Source of the DNA: Fonticula alba ATCC 38817
Taxonomy: Eukaryota > Protista > Nucleariida
Assembly: GCA_000388065.2 (NCBI GenBank)
Contig: KB932207.1
Direction: 5' to 3' (one strand)
Length of the DNA stretch: 64,000 bases
Part shown: positions 50,077-62,687 of the stretch, piece by piece
Layout of the letters: every line of letters begins with the position of its first letter
How positions within the stretch are numbered: the first letter of the stretch is position 1
The notes under the pieces: model-generated
Told to the model about the DNA's origin: nothing
Database searches by the model: none
Seen by the model: the letters and a program-made list of their open reading frames with translations, nothing else
Position numbers and translations under genes: made by a program

Positions 50077-51056
50077 CTACTCCTTCATGGAGGGAGATGA
50101 CTGGGCACTCTTGCTCTGCTGCTTGGCCAGGAGGCGCGCCTCGTAGCCGACGCGCTCGAGGGGCCCGCCCGGGGTCTTGGCCACCTCGAGCCAGCCAATG
50201 CGGGTGTACTTGCTCAGGAAGAAGCCATGCCACTCGGTCATCGAATCCACCTCGGCCTTGGTGAGGTCCTCGAGAGGGTCGTATTCCTCGGACACCTGGG
50301 TCCATGGGGGGCGGGGGGGGGGGGAGCAGCAGCAGGAGGCGGGGGTGAGTTTGAGAGGGAACTTGGCAAGGGCAATCGGGGGCGGCAGGGGACGCGCACC
50401 ATCGAGGGCTCGAAGGAATACTTGGCCATCCCGCGGGACGCGTCGCGGCCGGCAAAAATCGAATAGTCGGATTCTGCGGGAGGTGGGGGGGGGGGCAGCA
50501 CGCGTCGGGACAGGGCATATCATGGGAAGCGCAAGTTAGCATACATGAAGGACAGGTCGGGCATAGGGCGCTTCGGGGGGGGGGGGGGGGGGGGGGGCCA
50601 CTTTCCGGGACTCCCGTAGAACTTGGCACCCTCAGACACATCGAAGACGGTGCCATCCACGGCCAGGGCCAGGATACGGCGCTTCGGGGGGGAGGACGGG
50701 TCGGCCGACTCCACGGCGGCGGGCTTGTCGCTGGGAGAGTCGAGCAGCTCGCCGCGCATGGTGCGGAGCTCCTCCAGGGTGTAGCCACGGAGGCAGATGA
50801 CGCGCGGGTGGCGGACAGCCGGCCTCTTGGGCAGAGGGGTGAAGAGGATCCGCAGGAAAATGACCAGCAGGGCAAGGAGGAACTATGGCGCCGGCATGGC
50901 TCGCGGGTTAGTGCGGGCGCAAATGTACACACGGCCAAGGGCCACATCCGAGCCCCGGGAAAGGGGACGCACCCAGTTGAAGCCGTTTGTCAGGAGCATC
51001 CGGAGGAGGGAGCCCTCCTCCAGTCCGGCAAAGAGAGGGCCAGATAGAATGGACAT
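50077..51056 (-). CDS. Membrane-associated progesterone receptor family (PGRMC/Dap1) cytochrome-b5-like heme/steroid-binding protein, multi-exon
   Basis: N-terminal TM NWFLLALLVIFLRILF, YTLEELR, ILALAVDGTVFDVSEGAKFYG, YSIFAGRDASRGMA, LEDLTKAEVDSMTEWHGFFLSKYTRIGWL. Confidence 0.9.
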
Positions 51057-51619
51057 TCTTGTGATTGGGCGGGGCGGATGGGGCCTGGTGGGGATGTGGC
51101 CGTGTCTGTGCCTGTGTCTGTGTGTGTGTGTGTGTTTCCACCGGTTCGGGCGGCACTCGGACTGTGTCCTGTGGTATGGGGCGCGAAGGTGAGGGTGCCT
51201 GGCAGTGGGCAGTGGGCAGGGAGCAGGGGGAGGAGAAGGGGGAAGGAGAGGAGGGAAGGGAGAGGGCGCGAAGGGCAGTGTGGCCTCGAGGCGAGGGGAT
51301 CAGCGCGGAGGGGTCTCACTTATCTTCCCATCGCGGCCACTCGGGCGGTCTTGGGCTGTGCCCGGGCCCGGATGGCCCTGGCTGGCGCGGGGTCGTGAGA
51401 TCCTGGCCTGGATCGGCCTCTGGCAGGGAGGCCCGCGCGCGATCGGGGCGGGGTGGGAGGAGCCGGGCCCCTGGTGCCCTGCGTGGGGCTCCTGCCTGAG
51501 ATCGGCCCACTTGCGGGTGACCCTGCTGCGCGCCGGCGTGCCCTGAGACAGCCCCGTGTGCTGCTGGCGCGGGGGCCGGGAGAACCGGGCGCCCTTCAGA
51601 ATCAGCGAGAGGCAGAGAA

Positions 51620-51653
<34 letters not shown>

Positions 51654-54600
51654 GAAGAAGCCGGGCCGGGGACAGGGGGATGCACCACCGTTCGGCGGCG
51701 GTGCAACGAGGCTCACATGCCAATTCTCAGCTGGGCATGCCGACGATGGGTTTGTCGGGGTGACGCTCCGCATCGGCCTGCTGCCGCGGTGACCGTGGCC
51801 GCCGCCACTGCCATCGGGTGCCGCGGAACCCGATGCCCGGCTGCCCTCGCTCGCCCGAGAGAGCGGCTTGTCGGGGGCAGGCCGGGGGAGGAGGGCATTG
51901 TCTAAGCGCGCGCGCGCCCACGCACAAGGTTGGCGCCCACAATCTCGACCCGGAGCGTGTGCGAGCCTCGGCGGTGGCGAACATTCCGCGCGTTGGTGCG
52001 TGCGCGCGCATGTACGCGCGTGGCGTCTGCGGGTGTGGATGCACGCGCGCCAGACGCCTGAGGAGGTGTGGCGTGCGGGTGGCCGTGTCGCCACCTGCCC
52101 GTCGGGGAGAGGCGCCTTATGTGCGAGCCGGGGCCGGGCGTCGTCCGCCTGCTGTTTGTCGCCGCCTCCTCTCCCCGGGCAGGTGGAGGCCGGGGGGCGG
52201 GGGTGAGGGGGGTCGGGCGTCGTCTGGGTGGGACCCCCGCGCACACGCGCGCGCGCGCGCGCGCGGGCTCCACGCTTCCCCGCCCCCAGGGGGATCGGAC
52301 GCAAAAGGCTGCGTGTGCCGTGCGGCAGAGGACGCCCCGCCAGCAGCTCTGGACTGGCGGGGCCTCGCGCGCCTTTGCATGCGNNNNNNNNNNGGGGGGG
52401 CGGGCGGAGGCTGTGACTTCCTGGTACTCGGCGAACGCCCGGACGAGTTGCCACCGCGCTCTCTGTCCAGGGTCGCGGGTCGTCCCACGCCGGCCGGCGA
52501 GAATTCATTTAACGCCTCTCGGGAAACGCCCTTCCAAGTAGCAGGGCCGTTTCTCGGAGCACACGGCCCATTGGTGTCTGCATGAGCTGTCTGCCCGTTC
52601 CCCCCCCCCGGGGGGGGGGGGGCTCCTTGTCTGGGCGAATGGAGAGCACATCCCTCCTCGCCCCCCCTGCAGTCAGGGTGCCTGTCCCCGGGTGCATCTG
52701 GGCGTGGTGCAATCCCGCTATTCCTCTGAGTCCCTGTGCCGGGCGGGCACGCAGGCGCGCGAAAGGGCCGTCTCGTGCGTGGGATGTACGAGCGTGCGCG
52801 TGTGTGTTTGCCTGACCCGTGGCCGAAGGCGCGCGGAAGCATTATTAACATGCTGGGCCTCGCTCGCGACCTGGCGCCCAGGGAAGGCCGCCGCGGGTCC
52901 CCAGCCGCTCCCGGTTGTCTGCCGGCCCCCTCGCCCCCCCCCCCCCCCGGCGCCCCGCGTGCCCCCCCCCCCCTCCGCTTCTCTCTCTCTCTCTCGCGCC
53001 CAGCCCCCGCCCCCCGGGCCCCTCCCCCCCCCCGGCGCAAGGTCTCCTTTGGGAACCATGCCAGCTGGTCAGATCGGGGGTGCCGGCCGTCTCCGCCCCC
53101 CCCCCCCGCAACGCGCCGCACCCTGCCCACCAGAGCCGGGCGCCTTCACTCCGCCTAGGCACGCGGCCCCCAGCCAAGCCCCGGCGCCAGGGGGGGCGGA
53201 GGTGTCTGGCAATATGCGGGCATGCCCGCGGCACCTCGGCGCCGGCCGCTTGGCGCGCGGCCCTCCTCTCTGGGCCGGGCAATCTCTCCGCATTCCGCTT
53301 CCGGATGGGGGGGCGGGGGGGGAGCACGGTCATGCGCGGGGGAAGGCCGGCGTGCGTGGAGGCGGTCTCACCTCGGTGGGCGCCTCGGCATCCACGCCGG
53401 GCACTCGCCGGGCACTTGCCGCGCACTTGCCAGCCACAACCGGCCCCCAGGGGCGCTGCCGTAAGAGGCCGGCCACACGCGTGCACCGGGGTCCGGCTCT
53501 CGTGTGTGTGTGTGTGGCACACAGTCCGGACACATCGCCCAGGGGCCGATCCGGGCCGAAGGGGCGAGGTGTCCAGGCCCAGACGCCGGCCCGCCGGCCG
53601 GCGGGCCGGTGATCTGGCGCCTGCGGTCGTTCTCCGGAGCCCGGCCACCCCAGCAGGGCACACACGGGCCCGGTGATCTACCACGCAGCAAATGAGCCCC
53701 CCCCCCCCCCCTCGCACGGGCCGGCGACATCATCCGTGCCACTGGCCTACCCGGGGTGTGGGGAGCCGGGGCCATCGCTTGGCGTCCATGAGACCCGCGG
53801 CCCCGGGCGCGAGGGCCGTCCCGAAGGGGCGCACCTCGCAGGCCCTCGGCCTCCCTTCCCGGCGTCGGGTCCGGTCGAATCGGGGGGGGGGGGGGGCGGC
53901 GCGGCGACGCGCACGCGCTCGACCGCGCCCGGCCGCATGCCGCCCCGCCACCGAAGACCGCCCGCAGGGGCCACCCGGCGCCGGGTGGCCCCATGCGCCT
54001 GGCGGACCGGGACCAACAGAGCAGCAGCCATGGGCCGGGGACATGATATGCCCGCCGGCCGGCCGCAAGAGGCGACCCCGAGCCCCGGGCATGGCACCAT
54101 GGGGCAGGGGAGCATGCCGACGGCTTCGCGCAGCCAGGCAGACCAGCCCCTCTGAAGTCGGAGTTGCCTCGGCGGGCCCTCCCTCTCTCCAGCCCGGTGC
54201 GTGTGGCCGTGAGCAACTGGTGTCGGTCCCGGGCCGTTCCCCCTTTTTCCGGGGACCCGCCCATGCATCGTGGCACCGCGATCGAGACCGGCCCCTGCCC
54301 TTCCCTTCTCGGGAGGTCCGGCCGCGGCGGGCCAGCTGGGACGGGGACCCGCCCGGGCCCGCCGGGGGGAGGGAAGGGGGAGAGGGAGGGAGGGACATGC
54401 GCATCCTCAGGGCCGGACAACCACGCGTTGCGGCCCATGGCTTACCGGCCGGCCGGCCACCCCACACCTCAGCCAGGGGCACAGGGACGCATTCCTCTGA
54501 CATTCGACGCCGCCAAGAGCGCCCCTGGTCCTTGGGCGCCGAGCTGGGGGTGGCATCGGCGGCAGTCGGCGCCAGCCAGCTGTCGAATTGCCTCAGCGGG

Positions 54601-54915
54601 CCTGGCGGCAGAAGAGGGGCCCGGGGGCGCAGGCGCTGTGGTGCATGTTAGCCGCGGGCAGTCATCTTCTCCTCGTGAGGGGAGGAAATGGCACACCGGC
54701 GGCGGGGGGGGGGGGGGCCGAGAAGGCCCGGCAGAGGGGGACCTTTCCGGTCCAGGGCCAGCTTGTTTGGGCGTCGGCGCCAGCAGCACAGCTTGCGTGG
54801 CCCCGGGGCTCATGCTTGGCCCAGGAAGCCCCCCCCCCCGCCCCTAGACACTCCTCACATCAGTGTGTCACCATGTCCTCCTCCCTTTCCCCCCAATGCG
54901 CAGGCAGATACGGAT

Positions 54916-54956
<41 letters not shown>

Positions 54957-55701
54957 CACACACACATAGATACACACACATACACGCTCTCACAGCACGC
55001 ACGCGCTAGCGCGTAGGGGGGGGGGGGGGGGGNNNNNNNNNNNNNNNNNNNNNNNNNNNNNNNNNNNNNNNNNNNNNNNNNNNNNNNNNNNNNNNNNNNN
55101 NNNNNNNNNNNNNNNNNNNNNNNNNNNNNNNNNNNNNNNNNNNNNNNNNCCGCCGATTCTCTTCGGTGTTTTTTTTTTTGACACGAACCCCACGGCCCAG
55201 GCGGGCTTGCCCACCGCAGCCACGCCCCTCTCTGTGGAGCAGGGCATCCCCGCCGCGTCTGGCCGTGCGGGCATCACCACGGCCAGTTGCCCCGCCCTCC
55301 CAAGCGGTCGGGTTCTCCGGCTCTAGGGCGTCGGGGCCGGGGGCTGGCCCGATGCCCGATCACGTCATATTGTCATGTGTAGCTCGATTAAGGCGTTAAC
55401 CCAGAACACAGCCTACTCAGCCCACCATCATCTATGATTCACCATCGTCGGCCCCCGGCGCCCGGGGAGCCCCGCCAGCGCGAGTGCACGCACACGGCAC
55501 TGGTATCCTCTTCTCGCTTCTGCCGAGATCCGCCCACGCCCCGCCCACCCCCTCCTCCTCCCCCCTGGTCTGCCCGGCGGCCATTTGCCCACCCAGAGTG
55601 CGGTACGAGCATATGCGCATGTATGTGCTTTGGGCCATTCCATCTTATGTGGCCAAAAAAAGAAGAAGAAGAGGAAGGAGGCCACAAGGCTGCCGGGGGG
55701 A

Positions 55702-55963
55702 CTAAAGTAACACGGCCATGACAGTGATGATGGTGCAAATGGAGACGAAGGGAGCCCATGTCCGGACAACGCCATTCACCCTGGGCGCATGTGAGACCCC
55801 CGCCAACAGGGCAAACCAGGGTGTTAGATCGATCGCCGGATGGTCCCCTTGGAGGCAAGGCGCAATGTGGCAGGAAGAAACGCAAGGGTGCCGGTGGGGA
55901 AAAAAAAGAGGAGAAATGAAAGATGCCCCCCCCCCCCCGCACCGACAATAACAACAACAGCAA

Positions 55964-56003
<40 letters not shown>

Positions 56004-57890
56004 CCCATCGTATCGCCCGGAGAAGAAGATGAACAGCGCCAGCCACACTTGGTTCCACCGAGATCCAAGCGGCGGATACGACGGCCCGACACTCTGCCAG
56101 GCGGTCGGGTTCCGCAGGCCCGGCACATGGCACGACCCCATGGCTGTCAAGGGGGCCCCGCCGGATGGGGGAAGGGGAGGCGTTGCAGATGGACCACCGA
56201 CCGGCGGGCAGCGACACAGCCGGCAGCCGGTTTCCCGGCGAAGGTCCGCCACATGGACCGGCGGACGGCCATCCTCATTGGCGGCGCCAACCACCGGCGA
56301 CGACCGGGGCAGCGAGCGTCCACCGGAGAAGCAACTGGCAATCCGCGAGAAAAAGCGCGCCACCCGACACGGCACACGGATGCCCAACACATTCAATGCC
56401 ACGGCCACATGGGAGTGGCAGTTTTGTCGCCAGAGCCGATGCTGAGATGGGCCGGTCAGGCGTGCGGGGAGGGGGGGAGGGGAGAACGCCTGTCAGCGGA
56501 TCGGCAGGCAAGGCGGGCAAAGGAGGGGGGACGGGCGGGGAGGGGGACAAAATTTTCATGCGCACCGTGAGGCGGGAAAATTCCCGATTCGCACGGGCAA
56601 TCGAGTAGTTGCCGATCAGATCGATGAGCCAGCCGGAGTCGAGAGGCAAGTCGGAGGAGGGGGCCATCGGGCCCGGCGCCATCAGTGCCGCCGTCACTGC
56701 CAGAGCTCCGGGTGGCGGCTGCTGCTGGAGATGCGCCAGCGCCGGGGCCGGAGCCGGTGCTGGGACAGGCTTGCCCTGGTGGTCCTGTCGGTCGCCGGCC
56801 ATGGCCTCCACCACGGTGGCCAGATCCTCCGGCAGCCGGACGCCATCACATTCCTGGCAGAAGTAGGTCGAGATCCGGTCCACGCTCAGGGGAACATACC
56901 GCGCCGGTGGCCCGAGCATCATGTTGTCATACTGCCATGCACGGCAGGGAGGTCAGAACGCAAGCCAGTGCAAGGGACCCCTCGAGGAGGCAGGGCGGCG
57001 GGAGCCGAGAGGAGCGTACGCTGACATATTGCGACCCGGCGAAGTCACTGATCTTCCCGTGCGCATCTGCAATGCCAATGTGGCCGATCACCGGACACAG
57101 CCAGCTGCGCGGGGCCAAGTAAGGGGAGAGAGAGAGATTGGAGAGGGTTAGGGCGGGGGAGGGGCCTGCGAGAGGCAAGCAAATGGCGTGTCCCCCGGAG
57201 GCCACACAAACAAACACATAGCTGCGCAGGGAGCAACATACGAGATGAGTGGCAGCGGGGTCCACACCAAGGCGAAGCGGAAGGGATGATCCGGCCCAGG
57301 GGTCGAGTCGTGCGCATCCGCCCCCAGGACCGGGACATCATCGCCGGTGCCCCGGGGGTGGTGCCCGCGCGAGCTCGACCGCCCGCGCGGTCGCCACGGC
57401 GCGTCTCGCGAAAAGCACCCGCAGTGGCTGGCCGCCGCCTGTCCGGGGCACACGAGCGGGTGGCAGTGCTGCGTCACCATCACGAGAAAGGGAGGGGGGG
57501 GGCACGCGCGGAAGAGGGGGGAAGGGGGGGCCGAGGGAGGTGGCGGGGGGCGAGAGGCGCAGGAACAGGGTGGGGAGGGGTGCCAGACCGTCCAGCCGGC
57601 GGAGAGCGCGAGACCTCGGCAAAAGTGCCCGGAAGAGCCCACAAGCGCCGCCCCCCCCCCCCNNNNNNNNNNNNNNNNNNNNNNNNNNNNNNNNNNNNNN
57701 NNNNNNNNNNNNNNNNNNNNNNNNNNNNNNNNNNNNNNNNNNNNNNNNNNNNNNNNNNNNNNNNNNNNNNNNNNNNNNNNNNNNNNNNNNNNNNNNNNNN
57801 NNNNNNNNNNNNNNNNNNNNNNNNNNNNNNNNNNNNNNNNNNNNNNNNNNNNNNGGGGGGGGGGGGGGCTGACACAGACGCAGTCGACAT
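55702..57890 (-). CDS. TMEM222: TMEM222 / RTE1 (DUF778) homologue; exons include 57468-57242, 57104-57020, 56931-56566, 56441-56005, 55780-55702; first exon probably spans the gap from ATG 57890
   Basis: FRFALVWTPLPLIS|WLCPVIGHIGIADAHGKISDFAGSQYVS|YDNMMLGPPARY, SIARANREFSRLT|HRLWRQNCHSHVAVALN, WNQVWLALFIFFSGRY, VVRTWAPF match TMEM222 motifs in order. Confidence 0.9.
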
Positions 57891-58765
57891 CTTCCGAGAG
57901 ACCGAAGCGGGGAAGCTAATTCACGCGCATTGCCCCGGCGGCGCGTCATTGTCGCCTGAGCCCCACATCCCCCTGGATAGATGTCTCCGTCTGGGGATGC
58001 GGCCACAAACATGTGCGCAGACCGTTCTGTGGGCAGAGGCCCGCGGGTACGCCTGGGGGTGCCTACGGAGACTTTTTCACGCCGGCCGCCCTCCATGCGC
58101 ACAGAGGCTCTTCGGCCCCCCCCCCCCTCCCCCCCCCCGAGACCCCCTCGCCCCGCTCCTCTGGGGGACCACACCGTAATCCTCTGATCGACATGCTCGT
58201 TTCAAATGGATCCAGTTCTGTGATACCAGAAGAGGGAGCAGAACATCCGGCCCGCGGGGAGGGAAAGTAGTAATGTATTTCGGACGTGTGGGCGCACACG
58301 CACGCACACACACACGCGCGCGTCTGGTGCATGGTCACCAGAGGTGTCTGGGGGTGTCTCGTCGAGAAGGGGGAGGAGGGAGGGAGGGAGGGAAAGAACG
58401 GCAGACGGCGCGGCAGAACAGGAAGGGGGCCGTGCCACAAGGGGGAAGGGGGAGGGGGGGGGGGGGGAACGAAAGAGGCGAAAGGATGGAATGTTCTCCA
58501 GTCCCGCGTGTGCGGGTGCGCGATCCCCCCGCCCCCCCTCCCCTCTGCATTGGGGGAAGGCCCGGGGATGTTGAGAGGAAGGGGGAGGGGGGGGGGGGAG
58601 AGCAGGGGCGAGAGAGTAGCAGGCATGCGTGCATGTTGATGTCATGCTGCTTCCGCCCTCCGGGCCTCCTGGCTGCTGTCGTGCAACATGCATACGCGTA
58701 CGCTGCCCCCTTGTGTGCACTTTGCTGTCCCCGCGGTGCAGCATATGCCTGACTCCTTTCCCCGA

Positions 58766-61440
58766 TCAGGGCGTGGCCAAGTTCTCCATGATGGTGGTGG
58801 TGAAGCGGTACACCTCGTTGAGGAGGTACTGCTCGTAGTAAGCATCATCGCCCTCCGAGGCCAGGGGCGGAGGCTGGATTTTCGACAGCTCGACGATCTT
58901 GTTGTAGATCCGCTGGTCGGAAGTGATCAGGTCCTTGATGTCGCTCTTGGAGGAGAATTCCGACAGGGTCCAGATGGCGATGTGAAGGGAAGAAGACTTC
59001 TCCGAGAGAAGGAGGTTCAGGAAGTATGTGGACACTTGGGGCCAGAGAACGCGAAGCTGGCGTTGGCAAGTGGCTGCGTCCAGTCGTCAGCGGGGTGGTG
59101 GGAGCGCGCCAGGGGAGGGGAGATATGTCAGCCATGGGCGCGGTGGTGTGTGCGTGTGGCGGTTGCGGGAAGAGGGGGAGGGGAGAGAGAGAGAGAGAGA
59201 GAAGCCGGACACAAGAAAGGGCAACCCATCAGAAAAAAAACACGGAAAAAAAACAGAGTAACGTACGGCTGGGTGCCAGGTTGCCGATGGCCGCGGCGCA
59301 GTTGGCCACCAGGTCCGGCTTGCCGGAAGACAGCATCTCTGTCAGCAGGAACAGGGTGCTGGTCTCAAGACCGGCCGAAGGCCCGGCCGGGCCCTTGGTG
59401 TGGGCCAGAAGCAGTTCCTCGCGCACGGTCCCGGTCAGCGAGAGGATGGCCACCGCGGCGGCGGTCTCACACAAAACCAGGTCCGGGATGTTGACACGCG
59501 GGGGGAGGAGGAAAATCCGCCGGAAGATCTCCACCCCACGGCTTTCCAGGAAGGCCTCGCGGTTCTGGTCCGAGGTGGAGATGTTCCGCAAACAGGACAC
59601 GCAGTGGCAAATGAGATCGAAGAAGTTGCGAATGGCCCCGGTCACATTGGCCGGGTGGTCCTCCAGCTGGTCGAGGGTCTTCTCAATGAGGCCCAAGAGC
59701 AGGGGAATGCAGTTGCCGCGAACCAGCTCTGCCTCATTATCCGGGTGGATGGACAGGTTGCGCAGCAGGGCCACCGAGGCCAGGGTCAGCGTAGGGGTAT
59801 CCTGCTGGAGGATCTTCAACAGGTAGGGGATGGCCCCGGCATTGGCAATCCGGAGCTGGTAGATGTCTGGAAACCGTTTTGCGAAGAGCGACACAGGCCA
59901 ACGGGCAAGGGAGAACGCGTGAGTGAGTGGGGATCGTGCTGGTGTGCTTCCTCAGCCAGGCGGCAGATGAGCCGCCGCCCGCCAGGGGCGCATGGCACAT
60001 GCCAACAATGAACCAGAGACAACCGCCCGAGGAGCAGGAACATACCATCTGACGCCAGGTTCAGCAGTGCCAGCGCCGCCTGGGTTTGGATGTGCGGCAG
60101 CGAGGGCTGCAGCGCGAAGGCCGACCCCTTGATGCAGTGCACCAGACCCGTCAGCAGGGGGTGGATGTACTGGAGCATCTCGCGACGGTAGTCCGGGATC
60201 ACGGCCAGATTGGACAAGGCAGCCGAGGCATACTTCACGGTGTCCGGATCGTCGGAGGACAGGAGCGTGATGAAGACCGTAAGGCAGCCGGCCCGGATGA
60301 GGTGCTGGCAGTTGGGCCGATGCTGGGAAAGATTCAGCAGCGTGCCGCAGGCATTGCGCACCACCCGCACATCCGGGAAGGAGCACAGGGCCACCAGGAA
60401 GGGAAGGGCCCCACACTCGACGATGCGGGACTTGTTCTCGTCGGAGGAACTGAGATTGGTGAAGCAGCCACACACATTGCACAGGATGTCGGAGCTGGGG
60501 TTGATCAGGAGGTTGGTCAGCAGGCGCAGGCCCTGCAGCTCGACGATGAGGGTCTTGTTGCGGGCTGGCGGGAGATGGAGGGGGGAGGGGGGAGGGGGAA
60601 TATGTCAGTGCCAATAAGGGCGGGCGGCAGATGGCAGCAAAGCAGCGCGCACAGTCGGTGGCGGCCAGGTTGCCGAGGGCGATGGTGGCCGGGCGCAGGA
60701 CTTCCAGGTCATCGCAAGTGAGGAGGTTCATCAGGGGCTTAAGGGTCTCGCGGGTGGCACGGAAGCCCTCTGCGCGAAGGAAAGCACGAGACGGGAGGGA
60801 AAGTGGGCGGGGCCGGAGAGGGCCGGAGAGGAGACAAAGGGTAAGTAAAGGAAGGGAGAGGGGGGCGGCGCCGGACGAGGCCAGGAGCATGGCGGGGGGG
60901 GGGGGTATCAGGCGTGCACGTGCCCTCCTTGATCAAGTTGAGGTAGAAAAGAGAGGCCGAGCGCTTCATGCTCAGCTCGTTGGAATAACAGAGGACGCTG
61001 ACGGCGGAAAGAGCCTGATCGAGAGTCACCTCGTCATGGTTGTTCATCATACTCGAGGAATATTGTGTCCCTGGAGGGAGGGAGGAGGGAGAGGGAAGAG
61101 GAGAGTCGGTGATGTCAGCACACAAGGAGCACGGTGGCATGGGGCTGGAGTGGAGGGGCCAGGGGGCGGGGCCCCGACGCACGTTGAGTGTAGCGAACCA
61201 GGGTCTGGGTGGCATGGCGCTCGTCGACATTGAGGAGGGGGGCCTCCTGATCGGAGTGTCCCTGCTGCGAGACTATCCGATGAGGAGAGAGGGAGAGAGA
61301 GAGAGAGAGAGAGAGGAAGTTGGGAGGGGGGGGGTCAGGGCGGGGGGAAGGGAGCAGGGCCTGAGGAAGCGCAGGATGGAGGGAGGGAAAGAAGGAAAGG
61401 CGAGGGCGTGGCTCGTACGGGAACTATTACAGCAACCCAT
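58766..61440 (-). CDS. VAC8: Vac8 armadillo-repeat vacuolar membrane protein, multi-exon
   Basis: Spliced MGCCNSS|LSQQGHSDQEAPLLNVDERHATQTLVRY, LCYSNELSMKRSAS, ATIALGNLA, CFTNLSSSDENKSRI, VRNACGTLLNL, AALALLNLASD, LRNLSIHPDNE, HIAIWTL are colinear with yeast Vac8. Confidence 0.9.
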
Positions 61441-61596
61441 GGCAGAGGCAGACGACTGCACACAGATGTGCGTACGCAAACGCAAAATTGTTCCCGGAGT
61501 AGAAAGATGCCCAGGAGCGAAAGGCAGAGGAGGAGAGGATGCAGAGGGTCAGAGAGAGAGGGAGGAGAATAGTGTGTCAACACTGACACAGACACA

Positions 61597-61632
<36 letters not shown>

Positions 61633-62664
61633 GACACACAGTGAGCGCTATGTCCAGCCCCCCTTTGACGCATGCGGCACGCTAGATTCGAGAGGCCAGG
61701 GGCCTTCAAGATCCGACGTAGGGGACAAACGGGACAAGATAGCAGACACACAGCAGCGACGTACGCTTCAAGGAGGCGGTCTCTTGATGCGGATGAGAGG
61801 GGGCCGGAGATGGGAGGCGGCGAGAGAGGGGCGGCGGGGGTGTGGGGAGGGAAAGGGGGGGGGGCGCGACAGGGGAGCGGGGGGGGAGGGAAGGGGCTGG
61901 AGAACAGTAACCCCGGACCTGAGGAGCGATGCCCAGGGCAGGCCGCTGAAAAGGTGCCAGATTCCGTGTTCCCGTGCATGCTCCTCTCCGCTTCACCTAC
62001 GCCTCGCCTGTGCCACACAATGCCGCGCTGTGCTGCGTTGTGTTCTCGTTCGCTGCCCCCGGCTCCCCCCCCCCCCCCCCCCCCCCTGATTCCTCGGGCC
62101 TCTTGCACCACCCAGGGCGGGGCGCCCGGTGAAGAGTGTCCCAACTCTCCCGGCCCGCCACCAACGGGCCGGGAAGGGGGGGCGGGAGCGAGGGCGAGCG
62201 GCGGCTGCTTCCGGAAGGGGTGAGCCTGCCGCGGCTTGCCCTTCCCGGGGCGGGGGGGGCGGGGGGGAGACAACCGCACACCGGAGAGCCGAGATAGGTG
62301 GCCGACCCAGGGCCCACGAGCGGAAGCGTCCTCATTGTCCCCCCGGCTGTCCCGCTCCCCAATCCGCGCAGGCGGGGTTGAAAGCCTTTGGCGAAACAAA
62401 AAACAACATAGCCCGTGGGGGCCACCAACCGGGACCGCGGTCTGTGCCCAGCGAGGGGGGGGGCTGGGGCGGGGGACGCCAGCGCCCCAGCCGAAAAAAG
62501 CCCCTCCCTGGGCCAAGGGGCGGCGGCGGCGGCGGCGGCCACAGCGGCGGCAGGGGACAACGAGAGACTGAGCCCGGAAAAAGGGTCGTCGGCGGCGGGT
62601 GTCACGAAGGACTTTGTGGCCTTGGACCTGAGCGAATGTAAAGGCGAAAAAAAGCGAGGGAAAC

Positions 62665-62687
62665 AGATCGGAAGAGCACACGTCTGA
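62665..62687 (+). other. Illumina TruSeq adapter contamination
   Basis: AGATCGGAAGAGCACACGTCTGA, sitting between two copies of an approximately 105-bp sequence (62560-62664 and 62687-62791). Confidence 0.97.
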
